This document shows, piece by piece, positions 37,518 through 48,194 of a DNA stretch of 64,000 bases. The DNA is from Candidatus Roizmanbacteria bacterium GW2011_GWC1_37_12 (GTDB lineage: Bacteria > Patescibacteriota > Microgenomatia > UBA1406 > GWC2-37-13). The stretch spans positions 46,663-110,662 of the forward strand of contig LBST01000006.1 of assembly GCA_000991135.1 (NCBI GenBank). The letters run 5' to 3'. The notes under the pieces were generated by a model. That model had not been told where the DNA came from. It saw only the letters and a list, made by a program, of their open reading frames with translations, and made no database searches. Each line of letters begins with the position of its first letter. Position 1 is the stretch's first letter. Made by a program: the position numbers and the translations under genes.

Positions 37518-37565
37518 AGAATATTATTCTGTCACTCGATTGTCTACGGACTATAACCTACAAAA
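37518..37565 (-). promoter_or_regulatory. Conserved motif plus promoter (TAGACA-17-TATTCT), overlapping a GTAG REP at 37510-37536
   Basis: Minus strand reads TTTTGTAGGTTATAGTCCGTAGACAA. Confidence 0.65.
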
Positions 37566-37692
37566 ACATATTTTTAGGTTGTTATATCAACTCATTTTAT
37601 GTCTTATCTATATTAATTAGAATTCTTGCTTTTTGTTTTCGCTTGCAAAGAAGAAGAAGAAGAAGTAAAATAATTTTCAGAGGTGATAATGT

Positions 37693-37962
37693 ATGAGCGA
37701 AACTAAAGTATTTAAAGAAGGATGGCGCGCTGATATTTTTGACTTTGCTTTAACTGGGGTCGCTGCAGTATCATTACTCGCTAGCCCAGCTGTTGCACTC
37801 ACTATTTCATCCGCCGAATTATTAATGCTTGCGGTCAGAGCTCATGCTGCAAGAAAGAACCGAGAAACAAATTCTATGCTTGAAATAATAAAAGCATCTT
37901 ATGAACTGGGTCAATCATCAACTAATGCATCAAACGCGACACCAAGACGGAGAAAAAAATAA
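37693..37962 (+). CDS. Small hypothetical protein
   Basis: GAGGTG RBS, hydrophobic segment, basic tail. Confidence 0.55.
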   Translation: MSETKVFKEGWRADIFDFALTGVAAVSLLASPAVALTISSAELLMLAVRAHAARKNRETNSMLEIIKASYELGQSSTNASNATPRRRKK

Positions 37963-37965
37963 ATT

Positions 37966-40311
37966 TTATTTTTCCTTTAGAGCCACCCTCAACACCTGAT
38001 CCATGTGTTCGACGTAGACAAAATCGAGAGCTTTTAAGACATAGCCAGGAATGTCTTCCAGGTCTTTTTTGTTATCTTTTGGCATGATAACGGTCTTGAT
38101 GCCGGCCCGGTGGGCAGCAATCACTTTTTCCTTGACGCCGCCTATTTCCAGAGCCCGACCCCTTAGAGTAATCTCCCCAGTCATGGCGACCGATCTATCC
38201 GTTGGAGTCTTAGTCAGCGCAGAAATCATCGCCGTCGAAATCGCCAGACCAGCTGACGGACCATCCTTTGGTACTGCTCCTTCAGGGACGTGAACGTGAA
38301 TATCTATTTTATTAAAAAAGTCATCTTTGAGTCCAAACTTTTTATAACGGGCACGGATATAGGACAAAGCCGCCTGACACGATTCTTTCATTACCTCGCC
38401 CAAATGCCCGGTTAATGTCAATCCGCCCTTACCCGGCATAATAGCGACTTCAATAAACAAGATGTCTCCTCCAGCCTGGGTCCAGGCCAGCCCGGTCGAA
38501 ATCCCGATCGTATCTTTTTCCTCAATCATTTGCGAAGAATATTTAAAAGGTCCAAGCAACTTCGACAGATCAGAGAGTCCGACTGTTTTTGAGGCGTATT
38601 TTTTCTCAACGATGTTTCTCGTCACCTTTCTCATAATTGTTCCAATCTGTCTTTCCAGTTCACGAACTCCAGCCTCACGAGTATAACGCCTGATTATGGT
38701 TTTCAAAGATGATTCTGTGATATTGATTTCCTTGTCTGTCAAGCTGTGAACTTCCAACTGCTTTTTTATCAAATGACTCTTGGCAATGTTATATTTTTCA
38801 TCCTCGGTATATCCGGGAAAATGAATTATCTCTAATCGGTCAAGAAGGGCATCAGGGATAGTGTCGAGAATGTTTGCAGTAGTAATAAAAAAGACATCTG
38901 ACAGATTAAAATCGACTTCAAGATAGTGGTCGGAAAAAGCGTGGTTTTGTTCGGGGTCGAGCGCTTCCAAAAGAGCCGAGGATGGATCGCCGCGGTAGTC
39001 TCGCCCGATCTTGTCAATTTCGTCGAGCATAAAAACCGGATTTTTCGTCGCTGCCTGCTTAACTCCCTGAATAATCCTTCCGGGCAGGGCGCCGACATAA
39101 GTCCGTCGATGACCTCTAATTTCTGCTTCGTCCCTAATGCCGCCCAAAGACATTTTGACAAATTTTCTGCCTAAAGCGTGGGCGATCGATCGGCCAAGCG
39201 ACGTTTTACCCACACCAGGCGGACCAACAAAACAAAGAATCGTCGGCTGTTTGCTTTTTTCGTTTTTCTTGATTTTCCTTAATTCAAGTACTGCTAAATA
39301 TTCAAGAATTCTTTCTTTAATTTTTTTCAGGCCAAAATGTTCATCGTTAAGAATTTTTTCCGCCTCTTTGATATTGATATTATTAGGAGAGCTGACCGAC
39401 CAGGGTAATTCAATCAACCAATCAAGATAAGTCCTAACATAGGAAGATTCGGGGTTAAATTGAGACATCTGGCGCAATCTCTTTAACTCCTTATTTGCCT
39501 TTTCCTCGACTTCTTTTGGCATTTTTGCCTTTTTGATTTTTTCCTGATAGCCGGTTAAGTCTTTATCTTCTCCTTTTTCTCCCAACTCTTCTTCGATGGT
39601 TTTCATTTTCTCCCTCAAGATGTTTTCCCTCATTCCCTGTTCAAATTTCTTTTGGGTTTTGGAAGTCAGGCTATGTTCTATCTCCAGGATTTTTATCTCG
39701 CGATTGACAAATTCTACTTCTTTTCTTAGCCTTTCTTTAAGTTTAATCTCTTGAAGAAGCGCCTGTCTTTCTTCTGGCTTCAAATCAAGGACAACGGCGA
39801 TTTGATTGGAAAAGCTTTGAAAATCAGTTGTATTGAGAATGTTCATTAGAAAAACAAAGTCGACTGTCTTTCCCAGATTGATCGCCCGCTTTATTTGGGT
39901 TGAGATGTGCTTTACCATCGCTTCGGTCTCTTCGTCAATAGTTTTATCGTCTTTTGCCGCCTGTACTTTTGCTTGAAACCAATTTTTTTCATCGGTAAAA
40001 GCGATTACTTTCACTTTTTCAAGACCTCGGACCAAGGCGTTGATCTCGCCGCGCTCGCCAGCAGCAGTTTTTTCGATGCTGGCTAGAACTCCCACCTGAT
40101 ACAAATCTTCGACTGCCGGATCGTCGATTATTGGATTTTTTTGCATGAGAAGAACTATTTTTTTATCTTTTTTTAAAGCTTCTTGGATGGCGCCAACGCT
40201 CTTTGGTCTTCCAAAAACAAGAACATTCTCTGTCCCTGGAAAAACGATTCCGTCGCGTACTGGCGCGATAGGATAAATAGATTGTTCTGACGCTCCGATT
40301 AAAAATGCCAT
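37966..40311 (-). CDS. lon: ATP-dependent Lon protease
   Basis: GPPGVGKTS, RGHRRTYVGALPG, PKDGPSAG, GGVKEK. Confidence 0.97.
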   Translation of the reverse strand: MAFLIGASEQSIYPIAPVRDGIVFPGTENVLVFGRPKSVGAIQEALKKDKKIVLLMQKNPIIDDPAVEDLYQVGVLASIEKTAAGERGEINALVRGLEKVKVIAFTDEKNWFQAKVQAAKDDKTIDEETEAMVKHISTQIKRAINLGKTVDFVFLMNILNTTDFQSFSNQIAVVLDLKPEERQALLQEIKLKERLRKEVEFVNREIKILEIEHSLTSKTQKKFEQGMRENILREKMKTIEEELGEKGEDKDLTGYQEKIKKAKMPKEVEEKANKELKRLRQMSQFNPESSYVRTYLDWLIELPWSVSSPNNINIKEAEKILNDEHFGLKKIKERILEYLAVLELRKIKKNEKSKQPTILCFVGPPGVGKTSLGRSIAHALGRKFVKMSLGGIRDEAEIRGHRRTYVGALPGRIIQGVKQAATKNPVFMLDEIDKIGRDYRGDPSSALLEALDPEQNHAFSDHYLEVDFNLSDVFFITTANILDTIPDALLDRLEIIHFPGYTEDEKYNIAKSHLIKKQLEVHSLTDKEINITESSLKTIIRRYTREAGVRELERQIGTIMRKVTRNIVEKKYASKTVGLSDLSKLLGPFKYSSQMIEEKDTIGISTGLAWTQAGGDILFIEVAIMPGKGGLTLTGHLGEVMKESCQAALSYIRARYKKFGLKDDFFNKIDIHVHVPEGAVPKDGPSAGLAISTAMISALTKTPTDRSVAMTGEITLRGRALEIGGVKEKVIAAHRAGIKTVIMPKDNKKDLEDIPGYVLKALDFVYVEHMDQVLRVALKEK

Positions 40312-40428
40312 AGTAATTAGCAGTCTAACAGATTAATTGCTAACTGTCAAGACCCATTTTTATAGGCTAAACCTATAGTATTGCTAGATTGCTAGCACTT
40401 CCTAAATACTCTTATTCGTTCAAATAGT

Positions 40429-41280
40429 TTATATAAAATCTTTTATCAGACTATCAAAGTCTACGAATCTTTCTTTGTTAACCAAAGTTTCTTTCTCCAG
40501 TTGAGGCAGTTGATCTGTAAAGGTAGGTCTTTTGATTTGGTAGATCACTCCTAACGGAAATTTTTCTTCGTTAATCTCAAGACTTTTTTCAACCGCTAGC
40601 TTGAAATTGTCTTTTTCAAAGTCAGCTGGGAGTTTATAGGTTTTTTGTAAATAATATTGGTATGTATTGATTTTATTAAATGTAACGCATGGCTGAAGGA
40701 TATTAATCAAAGAAAATCCTTTATGATTGACGCCCTCCTTTATCAAAGCGATTGTGCCATTAGCGTCGCCGGCAAATGCTTGAGCAACAAAAGTCGCGCC
40801 GCTCGTTATTGCCAAAGATAAAGGATTAATCGGTATTTCTATTATGCCTGAAGGCGTCGATTTTGATTTAAAACCCTTGGAAGCAGTCGGCGCGACTTGG
40901 CCTGTCGTCAAACCGTAAACGCCGTTATCATGGACAATAACAGTGATGTCATGATTGCCTCGGCAAGCGTGGATCAAATGATTTCCTCCTTCTCCATAAC
41001 AGTCGCCGTCTCCAACAATCGCAACTACCGGTAAATTATGATTGGCCAGTTTGATACCGATCGCGTTTGGAATGGCTCTGCCGTGGAGCGAATGAATGGC
41101 ATAGGCGTTTAAAAAATCATTCATGTTTCCGGAGCAGCCGATGCCAAAAACCACCGCCACGCCGGACGGGTCAAAACCAAGTTGAACAAATGCCTGCTTG
41201 ATGGCAATTCCTATCCCCCAGTCGCCGCAACCCGGACACCAAGTCGGGTTATAACCGGAGAAATCCTGAATAGTTGACAT
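40429..41280 (-). CDS. 2-oxoacid:ferredoxin oxidoreductase beta subunit
   Basis: WCPGCGD, GIGCS, LHGR, GDGD, NGVYGLTTGQ. Confidence 0.94.
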   Translation of the reverse strand: MSTIQDFSGYNPTWCPGCGDWGIGIAIKQAFVQLGFDPSGVAVVFGIGCSGNMNDFLNAYAIHSLHGRAIPNAIGIKLANHNLPVVAIVGDGDCYGEGGNHLIHACRGNHDITVIVHDNGVYGLTTGQVAPTASKGFKSKSTPSGIIEIPINPLSLAITSGATFVAQAFAGDANGTIALIKEGVNHKGFSLINILQPCVTFNKINTYQYYLQKTYKLPADFEKDNFKLAVEKSLEINEEKFPLGVIYQIKRPTFTDQLPQLEKETLVNKERFVDFDSLIKDFI

Positions 41281-41308
41281 AAAAATTTCTAATTTCTAAT
41301 TGATTTAA

Positions 41309-43063
41309 TTAGGTTAATTTTCTAATAATCTCTTCAGTCCATATCGGCCTTCCGTCATATTTTAATATTTTCTCTTCAATTTCCACCCCTGTCTCCATTG
41401 CCAAAAGCTTGCCCATTTGCCCCCACGAATTATTTTCTAAAAGAATGTATCGTTTTTTTGCACTAAATAACTTTCTGATTTTGTCTTTATCTAGAGGATA
41501 GACATGGTTAAAATGAATAAAGGCAGTGTTTTCCAATGTTTTTTGGGCCTCAATAATCGACCCCTTGACAGATCCCCAGCTGACAAGGACAGTTTCTGCC
41601 TTTTCCAGATCGCCGTAGACTTTCGGCAGGGAAAAATCTTTTTCTAAATATGTTTGCCACTTTTTGTTTCTTTTATCTACCTGATCTATCCTCGGCTTCG
41701 CTTCTTCAGTCGTATGACCATCCTCGAGGTGTTCGTAGGAATTTGCCTGAAAATAGTATCCGGGAATACCGGGAATAAGTCTTTCCGATATTCCGTCTTC
41801 TGTGATTTTGTATCTTAAAAAATTTTTACTTTTAACATTTGAATTTTGAACTTGATTTGTCATTTGTAATTTGTCATTTGTAATTTCTTTAAGAAGCTTT
41901 CCTCTATTAACTTTATAGTTGGCTATAAAATCATCTACAAATTTCTTACTTACGCTCTTATGTCCTTCCGATAAAAACATGTCGCTCATAACAACCACTG
42001 GCAGCTGATAAACATCCGCCAGATTAAACGCTTTAGCGGTCAGTTCGATCATCTCTTCAACATCCCCAGGCGCTAAAACGATTTTCGGAAATTCGCCGTG
42101 GCCTGCATGAACCGTAAATAAAAGATCACTCTGTTCGGTCCAGGTCGGCATTCCGGTTGCCGGACCTGGCCTTTGTGACAAAAAAATGACAATCGGCGTT
42201 TCCGTAACTCCCGCTAAAGAAACCGCTTCAACCATCAAGGCAAAACCGCCTCCTGATGTCCCAACTGCTGACCGAACTCCGGCAAAAGACGAACCCAAGG
42301 CCGTATTAATTACCGAGATTTCATCTTCGCCATGACGGACAATCATGTTGTTTTTCTTCTGCCATGATGCCAAAGTCGTCAACACTGAACTTGACGGAGT
42401 CATCGGATAAGCGCAGTAAAACCGGCAATCGGCAACAACTGATCCTAATGAAAAAGCATCATTACCTGTCAAAACTAATTTTGTTTCTGATGTTTTTTTT
42501 GTCAACAACGGTTTAATTAATTGGAAATAGTTTTTTTTGACATAATCATATCCCTTTCTGACAAACTGCTTATTAAAATTAATTACTTCTTCTCCTTTTC
42601 TTCCGAACTGCTCTTCGATAATATGCTCTAATTCGTCAATCTCTCCTCCCAAAATCGCGAGCGTTGCTCCCAAAGCAATTGTGTTTTTCATCACCACCTG
42701 CCCTTTTTGCTCTTCCAGGATTTTCTTAAAAGGGATGTCTAATGTTTTATAGCTGCCTTTTTCCGGCACAAAATCACTTGAGTCGTAAACAACAATACTG
42801 TCGACGAGGAGGAATTTTTTATTTTGATCAAATGTTTCTTTATTTAAGCATATTAATAAGTCGACGTTATACTTCAACTGCCTTACAACTTGATCAGATA
42901 CACGGGTTTCAAAACTATTGTGTCCGCCACGAATGAGCGAAGGATATTTAATATAATCAAAGATATGATATCCTAATCTGCTGGCAATTTTGGAAAAAAC
43001 AAGGCCGGTCGTCATAATCCCAAAGCCTGCTTCTCCGCCGATTTTCCAAGTAAAATCAATCAT
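41309..43063 (-). CDS. 2-oxoacid:ferredoxin oxidoreductase alpha subunit (gamma-alpha fusion)
   Basis: GGEAGFG, IRGGH, YPMTPSS, EDEI, TSGGG, QRPGPATGMPT. Confidence 0.94.
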   Translation of the reverse strand: MIDFTWKIGGEAGFGIMTTGLVFSKIASRLGYHIFDYIKYPSLIRGGHNSFETRVSDQVVRQLKYNVDLLICLNKETFDQNKKFLLVDSIVVYDSSDFVPEKGSYKTLDIPFKKILEEQKGQVVMKNTIALGATLAILGGEIDELEHIIEEQFGRKGEEVINFNKQFVRKGYDYVKKNYFQLIKPLLTKKTSETKLVLTGNDAFSLGSVVADCRFYCAYPMTPSSSVLTTLASWQKKNNMIVRHGEDEISVINTALGSSFAGVRSAVGTSGGGFALMVEAVSLAGVTETPIVIFLSQRPGPATGMPTWTEQSDLLFTVHAGHGEFPKIVLAPGDVEEMIELTAKAFNLADVYQLPVVVMSDMFLSEGHKSVSKKFVDDFIANYKVNRGKLLKEITNDKLQMTNQVQNSNVKSKNFLRYKITEDGISERLIPGIPGYYFQANSYEHLEDGHTTEEAKPRIDQVDKRNKKWQTYLEKDFSLPKVYGDLEKAETVLVSWGSVKGSIIEAQKTLENTAFIHFNHVYPLDKDKIRKLFSAKKRYILLENNSWGQMGKLLAMETGVEIEEKILKYDGRPIWTEEIIRKLT

Positions 43064-43410
43064 AATTTTTTTAGAGCTTCTAGAGGCAATAAAGCGCACT
43101 TAATTCTATTAACGCCAAGCTCAATTCCCAACATCTTAATCATAAATTCTTTGTCGAGGTTTTTCAATTCAAGTTCTGACTTATTCTTAATATATTGTGT
43201 CAGCATCGACGAGGACGCTATTGAGATGGCGCAACCTTTACCCTTGAATTTTGCCTCAACCACTTTGCCCTTGGCAATTTTTACGCAAAGCTCGACTTCG
43301 TCTCCACACAAGGGATTGGAGACTTTGGCTGTTTTAGTAGGTCGGTCAATTTTTCCAAAGTTTCGCGGGTGCTGGTAATGGTCGAGGATTAATTCGCTAT
43401 AGATACTCAT
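43060..43410 (-). CDS. sufU: Fe-S scaffold SufU/IscU
   Basis: HYQHPRN, NPLCGD, GCAISIAS, RIKCA. Confidence 0.9.
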   Translation of the reverse strand: MSIYSELILDHYQHPRNFGKIDRPTKTAKVSNPLCGDEVELCVKIAKGKVVEAKFKGKGCAISIASSSMLTQYIKNKSELELKNLDKEFMIKMLGIELGVNRIKCALLPLEALKKL

Positions 43411-43415
43411 AAGAA

Positions 43416-43518
43416 AACAGTTAAACCTTAAACATTAAACATTAAACAGTTAAAAAAACTATTAAACTATTAAGTATTAAAAATGTTTAAAAGTTTAATA
43501 TTTAATAGTTTGTTTAAG
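43416..43518. repeat. Inverted degenerate TTAAACA-type arrays
   Basis: (TTAAACA)n followed by reverse-complement-like runs between sufU and sufS. Confidence 0.55.
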
Positions 43519-44779
43519 CTAATATCTTCTCCACCTTCTTTAACCCCTTAATTAACCTTTCAATATCATTTTCATCATTGTAAATATAAAAACTCGCCCT
43601 TACCGTAGCATTGACTCCCAATCTATTATGCAAAGGCATGGCGCAGTGGTGCCCAGCACGAACCGCTATTTTTTCTTCATCCAAGATAGAAGCAATATCG
43701 TGAGGATGATATTTTCCAAAACTAAAAGCGATTGCCCCTCCTCTGTCGTTCTCGTCAATGGGCCCAAATATTTTTAACCGATTGCCAAACTCGCGTCTTA
43801 ATATTTTAAGACAAAAAAGCGCTAACTTTTTTTCGTGTTCGCGAACTTTATCCATCCCAATAGTTTTTAAATACTTTATTGCTTCTTTAAACGCAATTAC
43901 CTCTCCGATTGCCGGCGTTCCCGCTTCAAACTTATGGGGCGGGTCTTTAAAAATAGTCCTGTCAATATACACCTCGTTGATCATTTCTCCGCCGTACATA
44001 AAAGGAAACATTTCTTTTAATAAATTTTCTTTTCCCCATAAGACCCCGACTCCGGTTGGCCCGAGCATCTTGTGAGAAGAAAAAACCAGGAAATCACAAC
44101 CGAGGTCTTGAACATCAACCTTAAGGTGCGGGACAGCCTGCGCTGCGTCAATAATGGTAATTATCTTAGGATTAATCTTTTTTGCCGCTGCAATAATTTC
44201 TTTGACCGGATTTATCGTCCCCAAAACATTCGAAATATAAGTCAGAGTTAAGATTTTAGTTTTTTCTGTTACTATTTTTTTTAATATTTGATATGTATTT
44301 TTAATATTTGATTTTTTATATTTGATATCGTCCAATTCTAAATCTAAATATCCTTTATCATTGATGTCAATTACCTTGAAACTAGCGCCTACTTCCAAAC
44401 ACAATACCTGCCAAGGAACAAAATTCGAATGATGTTCCATAATCGTTGTTACTATCTCATCATCCTTATCAACTATCTCCCGACCCAAAGAATAAGCAAT
44501 CAAATTTAATGATTCAGTCGTATTTCTCGTAAAAACTATTTCTGCGTCTTTGCGCGCGTTTATAAAATCCGCGACTATCTTTCGGGTTTCTTCATACTCT
44601 TCTGTTGCTTTCTCGGAAATCTTATAGACGCCGCGAAAGATATTGGCCGAATATTGTGAATAATATTCAACCAATTTGTCAATGACTGACTTTGGTTTCA
44701 AAGAAGTGGCGGTCGAATCAAGATATGTCAGTTTTGGGTTGTTATTGAAAATCGGAAAATCCTTCTTTAATTTGTTCAT
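43514..44779 (-). CDS. sufS: Cysteine desulfurase SufS
   Basis: YLDSTAT, EHHSN, DAAQ, SSHKM.GPTG, RAGHHCA. Confidence 0.95.
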   Translation of the reverse strand: MNKLKKDFPIFNNNPKLTYLDSTATSLKPKSVIDKLVEYYSQYSANIFRGVYKISEKATEEYEETRKIVADFINARKDAEIVFTRNTTESLNLIAYSLGREIVDKDDEIVTTIMEHHSNFVPWQVLCLEVGASFKVIDINDKGYLDLELDDIKYKKSNIKNTYQILKKIVTEKTKILTLTYISNVLGTINPVKEIIAAAKKINPKIITIIDAAQAVPHLKVDVQDLGCDFLVFSSHKMLGPTGVGVLWGKENLLKEMFPFMYGGEMINEVYIDRTIFKDPPHKFEAGTPAIGEVIAFKEAIKYLKTIGMDKVREHEKKLALFCLKILRREFGNRLKIFGPIDENDRGGAIAFSFGKYHPHDIASILDEEKIAVRAGHHCAMPLHNRLGVNATVRASFYIYNDENDIERLIKGLKKVEKILA

Positions 44780-44841
44780 TTTGTAACACGACGTCATTCT
44801 GGCAAGGCCGCCTTAGGCGGCCGCGTCCAGAATCTTTATGA

Positions 44842-45723
44842 TTATTTAAAAACTTTTAATGTGCTATTTTTTATTTGAATGTTTGAAAGAAAAACAGAAA
44901 TACCTATAAAAAATGCACCTAAAACTTCTAACAATGTTGGAATTTCTTTAAAAACGAATATTGCAATTAATAAGACAAAGATTAACTGTGAAGCTAAAAC
45001 GATAGATCCAAGATTCAGTCTAAAATTGGAGAGTCCAACAAACAGAAGAATTTGAATTAATACCAAACCTAAACCAAAAATTGTTATTAATAATATTGAA
45101 GGAAATATCCAATTATTTGTTCCAAATTCATTTAAAAAATATGCAATCGGTAGTATCAATAAAGCTCCTATAATCATTTGATAGAAAATTATTACCCACT
45201 TATTGATTTTATCTACATAATATTTCCTAGTAGTGTTACTTATACCGTAAAGAAATCCTCCGATAATGCCGGTAACAGGCCCAATCAAACCACTATCAAT
45301 AGAGGGGATCATAAATAATAAAAGTCCAGTGATTGATAAAATAGCGACTAATATCTTTTGAAAATCCATCTTTTCCTTAAAGTAAAAATAACCTAAAACG
45401 TAAGAAGTTAGCATAGTAGACGTAAATAAATAAAAAAATGAATTAGCAATCTTTGTAGCGTTAATACTGACTGTAAAGAAAAGAATATATAAAGGAAACG
45501 AGATGACCAAAATAGAAAAAAGTCGAGGTTTTTGTTTATCAATTTTTAAAGGAATTTTTTTGATAAATAAGTAAGGTAAAACTATCAAGCCGGCAAGAAG
45601 CATTCTCATCCCTACTTGGGTAAAATTGCCAATAAAATTATGCAAAAGTCTTACGAGTAAACCGAATAAAGCTAAAATTAAACCACATGACAAAAGAGAG
45701 AGAAATCCCTTATTTGTATTCAT
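44842..45723 (-). CDS. DMT/EamA family transporter
   Basis: About 10 TM in two EamA repeats (FKEK, FKEIP). Confidence 0.85.
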   Translation of the reverse strand: MNTNKGFLSLLSCGLILALFGLLVRLLHNFIGNFTQVGMRMLLAGLIVLPYLFIKKIPLKIDKQKPRLFSILVISFPLYILFFTVSINATKIANSFFYLFTSTMLTSYVLGYFYFKEKMDFQKILVAILSITGLLLFMIPSIDSGLIGPVTGIIGGFLYGISNTTRKYYVDKINKWVIIFYQMIIGALLILPIAYFLNEFGTNNWIFPSILLITIFGLGLVLIQILLFVGLSNFRLNLGSIVLASQLIFVLLIAIFVFKEIPTLLEVLGAFFIGISVFLSNIQIKNSTLKVFK

Positions 45724-45746
45724 AAGTTTTAAACCTTATCTAAAAT

Positions 45747-46034
45747 CTATTTAATAACTTTTATATAAAGATCCTTAAAATCTGGATTAAACTTTTCAAT
45801 CATATCAATTTTATCTTTTCTATTCATGTTTTTTATCTGTTTTTCTCTTATGATTGCTTGTTTTATCGAGTCGAAAACTTCAAAATAAACCAACTTATGA
45901 AGATTATATTTCGAAGTAAATCCTTCGACTAAATTATTTTTATGTTCGTAGACTCTTTTTATAAGATTGTTTGTTACTCCCGCATATAAAGTTGGTCTGT
46001 TATTTGCCATAATGTAAATGTAACCGTTTTTCAT
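45747..46034 (-). CDS. Small GIY-YIG nuclease family protein
   Basis: [37 protein letters not shown]. Confidence 0.92.
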   Translation of the reverse strand: MKNGYIYIMANNRPTLYAGVTNNLIKRVYEHKNNLVEGFTSKYNLHKLVYFEVFDSIKQAIIREKQIKNMNRKDKIDMIEKFNPDFKDLYIKVIK

Positions 46035-46045
46035 ATTCCTGATAA

Positions 46046-46233
46046 GATTCTGGAGTCGTCCCGATTAATCGGGACTCCCCAGAATGACATAAACATCTGA
46101 TTCTGGAGTCAGCGCCTATCGGCGCTTCCCCAGAATGACAAAAAAACTTAGGTCATTCTGGCAAGTGAACGAAGTGAACGCGTCCAGAATCGTTGTTGGC
46201 AGATTCTGGAGTCGTTTTACTCCCCAAAATGAC
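46046..46233. repeat. Cluster of GTCATTCTGG/CCAGAATGAC hairpins
   Basis: Units 46046-46088, 46099-46139 and 46152-46233; the last supplies the sufD 3' end and stop. Confidence 0.85.
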
Positions 46234-46770
46234 GAGATTTCTAACTTCATTAATGAATCCTTCAACTAATAACTCTTCAGCTTGTTTTTCATTTAATCCC
46301 CTAGTCTTAGTATAAAACATCTGCTCTTGATCAAGTCTCCCAGTTGTTGAACCATGAGTACAGAAAACATCGTTGGCCAGAATTTCCAAATATGGTTTTG
46401 AATCGATAAAACAGTCCTTTGACATCATCAAGTTTTGATTTTTTTGATAAGCGTGTGATTTTTGAGCGTTTTTCTCAATTCTGATTAAACCCCGATAGTA
46501 TAACTTTGACTCATCATAAAAAACACCTTTAATCAGCAGGTTTGACATCGACAAAGGAGCCTTATGATTTTGAAAAGTATTGATTTTGAATTCGCAATTC
46601 TTCTTTCCTATATAAAGACCGTAAATATTCAACTGCACTCCCGGAGTGATGATGTCGAAAATTAAATCTCCAGATAAATTCTCAAAATAAACCGAATAGT
46701 TTCCAGGTTTATCGTATATTAATCTTTTTTCTTTTGTTTCTAATTTTATAATTTGGAATTTATTTGACAT
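46153..46770 (-). CDS. sufD: SufD-like protein (short)
   Basis: KPYLEILANDVFCTHGSTTG, FY..TRG; C-terminus encoded by a repeat. Confidence 0.85.
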   Translation of the reverse strand: MSNKFQIIKLETKEKRLIYDKPGNYSVYFENLSGDLIFDIITPGVQLNIYGLYIGKKNCEFKINTFQNHKAPLSMSNLLIKGVFYDESKLYYRGLIRIEKNAQKSHAYQKNQNLMMSKDCFIDSKPYLEILANDVFCTHGSTTGRLDQEQMFYTKTRGLNEKQAEELLVEGFINEVRNLVILGSKTTPESANNDSGRVHFVHLPE

Positions 46771-46793
46771 TTGTTATTTGTAATTTGAAATTT

Positions 46794-48194
46794 TTAGCCC
46801 ACGCTTCCTTCCATCTCCAAATTAATTAATCTATTTAACTCTATTGAGTATTCCAATGGTATCTCCTTTGTCACTGGATCGATGAAACCATTGACCAGGA
46901 GTCCCTCTGCTTCTGTTTTATTAATTCCGCGGGACGCCAAATAAAAAAGCTTTTCTTCGCCCAATTTTTCTACAGTGGCTTCGTGTTGGATATCAACTTC
47001 TTTTTCCTTTATCCTCATGTCAGGATAAGTATCGCTTCGTGATTTTTCATCGATGATGAGAGCGTCACAAGTTACATAAACTTTGGCATTTTTAGCTCCG
47101 GGCGAGACCTGAACCAGACCGCGGTATGACGTCCTCCCGCCCTTAGACGATATTGATTTGGAAATAATCCTGGAAGTCGTGTTTGGGGCCAGATGAATCA
47201 TCTTGGCGCCGGCGTCCTGGTGCTGGGAGTCTCCAGCATAGGCAATCGATAGGACTTCGCCTCGAGCTCCATCCCCCACTAAATAACAAGAAGGATATTT
47301 CATGGTTACACCAGATCCAATATTACAATCCACCCATTCCATCACTCCGTTTTCATAAACTTTTGATCTTTTCGTGACTAGATTATAAACATTCTTGCTC
47401 CAGTTTTGAACTGTCGTGTACCTGACTCGGGCATTTTTTTTTACGATAATCTCGACAACTGCCGCGTGAAGCGAAGAAGTCGTATAGATCGGCGCCGTGC
47501 AACCTTCAACATAATGGACAAAACTATCTTCTTCAGCTATGATTAAGGTTCTTTCAAACTGGCCGAAATTCTGGGCATTAATCCGGAAATAAGCTTGTAG
47601 GGGTAAAGTTACTTTTACTCCATTTGGCACATAAACAAAAGAGCCACCGGACCAAACAGATGAATTTAAAGAAGCAAATTTATTGTCATAAAGAGAAATT
47701 ACTGTTCCAAAATATTTTTTGACAATTTCCGGATACTTTCTTAAACCCGTATCCATATCACAAAAAATCACTCCTTGGCGCGTCAGTTCTTTCTGGATAC
47801 TCTCATATACTACCTCTGATTCATACTGGGCAGAAACTCCTGCCAAGAATTTCTTTTCTGCTTCTGGCACGCCAATTTTATCATAAGTATCTTTTATCTC
47901 TTTTGGCAAATCCTCCCAAGAATTAACCTGTTTTTCTGTTGGTTTAATATAATAGTAAATATCATTAAAGTCTATTTTGGAAAGATCAGCTCCCCAAACA
48001 GGCATTTGTTTGTTCCTAAAAACTTTGTAAGCTTTTAGTCTAAACGCTGTCATCCAAGAAGGTTCTTTTTTAAGAGAAGAAATCTGTCTGACTACATCCT
48101 CATCTATGCCCTTACGAGATTTAAAAACGTGCTTTTCCGGCATGGAAAAGCCGTATTTATATTCAAAATTAAGATCGGTATTTTTCATAACCAT
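46794..48194 (-). CDS. sufB: Fe-S cluster assembly protein SufB
   Basis: [35 protein letters not shown]. Confidence 0.96.
   Translation of the reverse strand: MVMKNTDLNFEYKYGFSMPEKHVFKSRKGIDEDVVRQISSLKKEPSWMTAFRLKAYKVFRNKQMPVWGADLSKIDFNDIYYYIKPTEKQVNSWEDLPKEIKDTYDKIGVPEAEKKFLAGVSAQYESEVVYESIQKELTRQGVIFCDMDTGLRKYPEIVKKYFGTVISLYDNKFASLNSSVWSGGSFVYVPNGVKVTLPLQAYFRINAQNFGQFERTLIIAEEDSFVHYVEGCTAPIYTTSSLHAAVVEIIVKKNARVRYTTVQNWSKNVYNLVTKRSKVYENGVMEWVDCNIGSGVTMKYPSCYLVGDGARGEVLSIAYAGDSQHQDAGAKMIHLAPNTTSRIISKSISSKGGRTSYRGLVQVSPGAKNAKVYVTCDALIIDEKSRSDTYPDMRIKEKEVDIQHEATVEKLGEEKLFYLASRGINKTEAEGLLVNGFIDPVTKEIPLEYSIELNRLINLEMEGSVG

Larger units (their letters stand above)
44793..46088. mobile_element. 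Putative GIY-YIG element: left hairpin, EamA gene, GIY-YIG gene, right hairpin, inserted in the suf operon
   Basis: End A GTCATTCTGG..CCAGAATC (44793-44834) and end B GATTCTGG..CCAGAATGAC (46046-46088) are the two halves seen joined in short copies. Confidence 0.55.

Noticed and set aside
37648..37665. (GAA)n microsatellite
   Set aside because: Short and intergenic, with no evidence of function
44793..46233. CRISPR array suggested by the clustered repeats
   Set aside because: Units alternate in orientation, vary internally and lack regular unique spacers; no cas genes in the window
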